Shown here piece by piece: positions 59,601-64,000 of a stretch of 64,000 nt of DNA. How positions within the stretch are numbered: position 1 is the stretch's first letter; every line of letters begins with the position of its first letter. Where the stretch lies: positions 1-64,000 of the forward strand of contig JAKLZA010000278.1 of the NCBI GenBank assembly GCA_030704615.1. The letters run 5' to 3'. Source of the stretch: Takakia lepidozioides (taxonomy: Eukaryota; Plantae; Bryophyta). Under the pieces are notes generated by a model. The model worked only from the letters and a program-made list of their open reading frames with translations, ran no database searches and was not told where the DNA came from. The translations under genes and the position numbers were made by a program.

Positions 59601-60026
59601 TGAGTACATCTCATGGCCTGCCACAGTGTCTAATACTGCTTCTGTGAATGGCAAAGGGAAAGGATCTTTCTTCGTACAAGCATTCAGCTTCTTATAGTTC
59701 ACACATACTCTTAGTTTGCCATTCTTCTTGGGAACTATAACAATGGGTGACAACCAAGTTGTATACTCTATTGGGTATATAAACTTAGCCTCAGCCAACT
59801 TCTTTATCTCTTCTCCAACCTTCTGTGCGTAGTTGGGATTCATTCTATACCTCGCCTGCTTGATTGGTACTGACCCTGGTTCCAGTTCAATTTTATGCTG
59901 ACAGACTTCAGGTGGTATCCCTTTTAGATCCTCATAGCTCCAAGCAAATACATCTCTGTATTTGATGAACAAGCTTTTAGCTTCTTCGAAGAATTCCGGC
60001 TCCAAATCAGCTCCTACTTTCACCAT
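56625..60026 (-). CDS. pol: Pol (RT, RNase H, integrase with GPY motif and RDTAYHSP(S/A)R repeat tail) of copy C
   Basis: 1133-aa ORF with all RT/RH/INT catalytic motifs; reads through the 30-bp array in frame. Confidence 0.95.
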   Translation of the reverse strand: MVKVGADLEPEFFEEAKSLFIKYRDVFAWSYEDLKGIPPEVCQHKIELEPGSVPIKQARYRMNPNYAQKVGEEIKKLAEAKFIYPIEYTTWLSPIVIVPKKNGKLRVCVNYKKLNACTKKDPFPLPFTEAVLDTVAGHEMYSFMDGFSGYNQVQVAEEDQGKTAFITDWGAYAYKVMPFGLCNAPATFQRVISESFQEYLDDFMQVFLDDFSVYSSKNEHLHKLELCLARCRMRGLGLNPEKCTFCVNSGVLLGHIVCKKGLLVDPRKTESIKVSPPPVNVKSLRRFLGQTSYYRRFVKRYAQIAAPLSKLLKKDAVFAWTAECQQAFEELTLSVTTTPVLINPHWHVVFHVHCDASGEALGAVLAQNVTGNIDSPVYYASRLMNSAERNYSTTEREALAMIYAVKKFRHYLLGRKFMFYVDHQALIYLVNKPLISGRIARWLIILHEFEFEVIYKPGRLHLVADHLSRLTTGEAATGVDDQLPDASLFVMEVQGSADEWLDWQWPIRYYLAHGQCPPSYGKEQRKRIAIRALPYTMVGSRMYKLGPDGVLKRCLYHHEVNKVLEEVHKGVAGGHFGEETTSRKILLAGYWWPTLFKDVHEYCQKCDECQRLGPLQRSGRMALHPTMPTEPFQKWGLDFVGPINPPSKNTQNRYIITATDYTTKWVEAKALRDNTAKSTARFLYENILTRFGCPLEFISDQGSHFMNETIELLTKEFMIVHRKSTTYYPQGNGQAEATNKILCTILAKIVNANRTDWDTKLLTALWSYRTSYKVTTKYTPFQLVYGMEALLPVEFLLPTMRTEWGKRMELQDSIKVRKHELYHVEEVRADAADNMTRIQMKRKEQFDEGKLKTFKTGDLVLWLQKKGKIQASKLKSPWKGPYVIQKMYDNNTAMLQTINKEMLGRVNANKLKGYSGIHDKPLQHDLHVEPQEQSRAAPVLRTEYGTLVARPSIYDRGGQNKRDTAYHSPSRRDTAYHSPSRRDTAYHSPSRHDTAYHSPARRNTAYHSPARRDTAYHSPARRNTAYHSPARRDTAYHSPARRDTAYHSPARRNTAYHSPARRDTAYHSPSRRDTAYHNLPQRVTAYHSLPQCNTAYHSVTQYDTACHSSTQPTKVTRSIESVTSGHIKLQENG
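56690..57143 (-). repeat. 30-bp tandem repeat of copy C (~11 units plus degenerate tail)
   Basis: GGGCTGTGATAGGCTGTGTCACGCCGTGCT-type units in exact 30-bp register. Confidence 0.95.
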
Positions 60027-63000
60027 CTCGGTTCCTCCTGAGTTCCCACATTTACTTCTCTCACCTGCTCATCAGCTGTGATTGTCCAACCAGTCACCAC
60101 TTCATCCTGTAAGCTCACAGTGGCTGGTTCTTCTAGGATTTCTATCTCTCCCTCCTTTTCTTCATAGAAATGTGATGGGTAACAGCTGGTTTCCTCTTCA
60201 ATTGGTGTTGCTGTCACTACACCACAGCAGATACCTCTCAAACAACTTAGGCTTTCCAGCCGCATCTCTGCAACCTGCTCCCATTCTGGGTGTGCAGCAA
60301 ATAGGGTAGCTTCCTGCTCCTCATCCAGTCCTCCCTTCCAGTCATACTCTCTGACTCCTCGAGGTCTTCTTGTAGCAGGTAATCTACTAGATTTCTTTGT
60401 GGTAATTTGTATCTCGTGCATCCCATTATGCACAGTTAGTAACTGAGAATTCCAGTCATGGAATACCCTGGCCTGTTTCAGCCACGGACGTCCCAATAAT
60501 AAGGAGTAAGCCTCCATGACTTCATCCATTTTTAATACAGTTACTGTGATCATAAAGATCATTTTCTGTATCTGTATCTTAACTCCTCTTATTAATCCCA
60601 ATGGCTGTACACTTCTTTGATCTGCCATTGTTACTGTAAATGGGGCTGGTTTCATGTTACTTAGACCAAGCTTCTTCCTTAATTGGTCTGTCATGATATT
60701 TACTCCAGAACCACCATCTATCAGTACATCAGTTAGTTCTGTGCTTCCAATTCTCAATTGGATTACTGGCATAGAATCATCAAAGTCCATGACTGGTTCT
60801 CGCCCTTCCGGCTTCACATTATAACTGGTCACCTTGCTGTTCAGGTCTGTGTTTCCTGTCTCTTGGGCAATTCGATTGATTGCCTGATACAGCCTGTGCC
60901 TACAATAAGGTGCCACAGCTAATAGCTGTCCAATGGTAATTTCTGCTTTGGTCTGACATATTACTTCAGCCAAAGTCTCTTCATTACTTTGCATGTCTGC
61001 ATCTTTTTTTTCCTTTCTTCCTCACTCCCTCTTTTTCTCCATCCGAATCAGAGGAATCTGCCACAGGAATATCAGTACTCTTTTGCATTTCCCTTATAGT
61101 ATCTGCCACTTCCTTGTGCAGTTCCTTCTCATCTTTCCAAGTCTCTTCATCTTCAGGCATATCATTGCCACTTCCAGTCTCATCTTCTTCCTCTTCTACT
61201 GGAGGTATTAGTTTGGCTTTACTTCTTGTTACTATCATTGTACTTACTTCTGGTACAACACATGGCCTAACCATGTGAGCTGCCACCACTGGGCCCTCAT
61301 TCACAGGAGCTCTCATCTCATTCTGGTGTCTTATCCAGAATGAACAGGCTGCCTTGCGATGTCCTGGCTGATTACAATAGTAACATAGCTCTTCACCATT
61401 GGGTCCTCGCCCTTGGTCTGTCTTGGATTATTTCTATAATCCTGATTCCCGGGCTGGTAATTCCCCTTGGATTACCCTGATAGTTGCCTCTGGAATTTCC
61501 TTGGTAATTCCCTCTTGAATTACCTCTCCCTTCCATGCCATTGTTATAACCACCAGACCTACCATAGTGGTCCTGATCATTGCTTCTTCTTGGCTGGGGC
61601 TGCACCTGATGCACCCTCACTTGCCTAGGTTCTCTTGCAGCTGTCCTTCTGTTGTAGTAACAATTCTCAGTAGAATGGTTATCCATTTTACAGATAGTAC
61701 AGTGTTTCTCCTTCATGTGGCATTCTGTAGTGGTATGGCCTTCATTCTGGCACTTTGCACACCATACACCCTTCCTCCAATGTGTTGCAGCCTCTGTGGC
61801 ATACTTCTTCAAGATTTCTTCCAATCTTTTCTCATAGTTATCCCTCTTCAACTTTTCCTTTCTCTTACTCTTTCTTTTTAGTTCTTGCTCTTCTTCTTCA
61901 TCTGACTCATCTTCAGAGTCCTCATCTTCCTTTTTCTCTCTCCTGAGCATTCCCAATTGCTCAATTCTGTTTGCAGTTTCAAATGCCTCCTCCACTGTAT
62001 TATGGGGTAACATATCCACTTTCTTCTGCAACTCTGGTCTTAGTCCACTCACAAACCAAGTCTTCTGTAAACCGGGTGCTGGTACTGCAGCCAGCTTTTT
62101 CATCATCAATTCCATCTTCTCCATATACTCTTCAACAGTTTCATGCTTCTTCTGCTTCAGCTGTTGTAAACTTCCATACACTTCATCCTCAGTTTTACTT
62201 GTCCTGAACCTATTTCGAAATGCTGTATTCAAGCCATTCCAGGTTAGGAAATGATTATCAGGGAATCTTGCATACCATTCACTTGCTTTCTTGATAAGTG
62301 AACAAGGAAACAGTCTCATCTTGGCATCATCGCCATTCTCATTGTTCACTATACACATGTGCTCAAATTGGCTAATGTGTACATCGGGATCCCCTTTTCC
62401 TGAATATATTGGAAAGGGTGGTTTTGCCCGTGTTGGTTGTAACGCCATCTGTGGCCCTACCTTCTGCCCACTGACAGGTGCTGGCACCCTTGCTGGTGCT
62501 GGTCCTTCTGGACCTGTTGTTTTTGTGGTGGATCTTCCACCAAGTGGTGGCCCTTGAGCACTCCCTGCTTCTGGCCCCACGATATTCACAGTATTCCCAG
62601 CTTCAGTTGCACTACTTCCCACACTCCCTGTCCCCCCAGAGCCAGATCCAGGCAGCCCGCCTGATCCCCCTGAGCCGACACCTTCGTTGGCCTGTGATCC
62701 AAGTGCTCCACTTGATCCAGGTCCAACGGGTTGGGATGTCCTGGTTGTAGTCTCAACCTCAGCTGTTGGGTCTACTTCTTCATATTCTTCCTCTTCCAAT
62801 TTCTTCTCTCTGTTTTCATCCTCCAAGTTCTGCCCTTGGGTTTCTTCTTCACTCATGTAACTCAACTGTAATGGTGTTGGAGAGTCTGAACTCTCCGTTG
62901 GCTCTGCCACATCCTCATCTCCTTCTTCATCTTCTGCTTCAGAAACTGGAGTTCCTGCTTTTGGTGTTCCATGCCAACTCTTATCAAAGATTTCTGTCAA

Positions 63001-63279
63001 GTCTTTTATCCAAGGATGTACCTCAGATCTTTCACCTCGTGATTGATCTTCTTCCTGTACCAATTCCCTTAATCTTTCTTGCAAAGAAACAGAAGGAGTG
63101 GCATCCAACTCTAGTTCTTCCGGTATAGGTGATGCACTTTTTGATCTTGATGGTGTGAGAGGTCCAGATGATTCCCCTATGTCTATTCCTCTCTCCCAAA
63201 GATATGGATAATTAGCTTTCAGATAGCTTTCTCTTTTTGATGAATATCTTTGTCGTCTAGCTTCTCTTTCATCACTCAT
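60020..63279 (-). CDS. gag: Gag-protease region of copy C, split by several 1-bp indels
   Basis: ORFs 61393-63279, 60984-61316 and 60020-60994 match the N-terminal part of the B polyprotein. Confidence 0.88.
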
Positions 63280-63300
63280 GTCCCATGTCTTTCATTTCTT

Positions 63301-63996
63301 TTAATGTGGCAATAACCAAAACTCTCTTCTGTAATATCTCTCGTATATGCCTGGATTTCTTTCAAGCTTCAATGCACCCTTGGCTATACTTGAAGTCTCC
63401 GTTACCATATAACCATATGGCAAACAAGTCTGAAAAGCTGTTCTTGGTGTGAGTTTGATCCACAAAATATCCTTTGGAATCCAATTCTTTACCAGTACAA
63501 GCTCTTCATGCATATGAGTATAAACATTCACCTTTCTTTCTTCCCAGCCTTCAAACTCTACTCGTTTAATGGATAGCAACGCTATCACATAAACTAATGT
63601 TGGTAACCAACGTGCTCTTCCTCTACAGGCTACCTGATAAATCTTTATCACTCCTTTCTCCAGACCCCATTCTGGATCAGCATCATGCACTCGTTTAAGA
63701 ATATTTTCTTTACATCCGTCTGGCAATTCCAAGAACCTTTGAAAGAATTGTTTGGACAATCTTTCTTCCTTCGTTCCACAGGGAATTTGATTCACTTCAA
63801 ATTCTTTAATGGTCCAACCACCATGATCCCACCAGATGCCTGTCACATCTGGTTGTTCATGTCCCAGGTCCCCAGTATGGTCGCCAAATGTCGCGCGGCT
63901 TTTACTCACCCATCCCTTCGCTATCCGAGGCGGAAACTCCAAGATAGAAGAGTTGGAAATCTCTAAGTACTCAGCCCGCGCAGAACAATCAGTCAT
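63301..63996 (-). CDS. 5' extra ORF (ORF1, 231 aa) of copy C
   Basis: Same length as B ORF1, 2 aa differences. Confidence 0.6.
   Translation of the reverse strand: MTDCSARAEYLEISNSSILEFPPRIAKGWVSKSRATFGDHTGDLGHEQPDVTGIWWDHGGWTIKEFEVNQIPCGTKEERLSKQFFQRFLELPDGCKENILKRVHDADPEWGLEKGVIKIYQVACRGRARWLPTLVYVIALLSIKRVEFEGWEERKVNVYTHMHEELVLVKNWIPKDILWIKLTPRTAFQTCLPYGYMVTETSSIAKGALKLERNPGIYERYYRREFWLLPH
63869..63886 (-). promoter_or_regulatory. Primer binding site of copy C
   Basis: TGGCGACCATACTGGGGA on the minus strand. Confidence 0.8.
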
Positions 63997-64000
63997 GACC
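63889..64000 (-). repeat. 5' LTR of copy C (partial)
   Basis: Matches the U5 end of the other LTRs (...GCGCGACA). Confidence 0.92.

Larger units (their letters stand above)
52204..64000 (-). mobile_element. Ty3/Gypsy LTR retrotransposon copy C (3' LTR truncated; 5' LTR runs off the window)
   Basis: Colinear with A and B; PBS, PPT and both LTR junctions present. Confidence 0.97.

Overview
Eukaryotic, almost certainly plant, heterochromatin-like DNA with no recognisable host gene. Two components alternate. (1) Three closely related copies of a ~13.4 kb non-chromovirus Ty3/Gypsy LTR retrotransposon: copy A (<1-13230, minus), copy B (27532-40925, plus, complete, ~1.02 kb near-identical LTRs, 5-bp TSD GCTAC) and copy C (~52204->64000, minus, truncated 3' LTR). 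(2) A head-to-tail array of a complex ~3.7 kb unit (7 copies, 13231-27531 and 40926-51783) into which A and B inserted. The element has a 231-aa ORF that starts inside the LTR and crosses the PBS. After two single-base indels in copy B are corrected, it also has one ~3570-codon frame: Gag (3 CCHC)-PR-RT-RNaseH-integrase, an in-frame 30-bp repeat encoding SPxR motifs, a linker, and a ~1160-aa extra protein (plant-transposon domain, coiled coil, unknown C-terminal domain). The 3.7 kb unit is rich in dyad symmetries, has a bistable hairpin resembling a TE end junction and G4 motifs, and contains a decayed ORF weakly resembling the C-terminal domain of the retroelement's extra protein. A unique 420-bp segment with 20-bp-phased GCTCATG motifs joins the array to copy C. 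Many single-base indels, mostly in the left third, look like long-read consensus errors. All homology calls are by eye.
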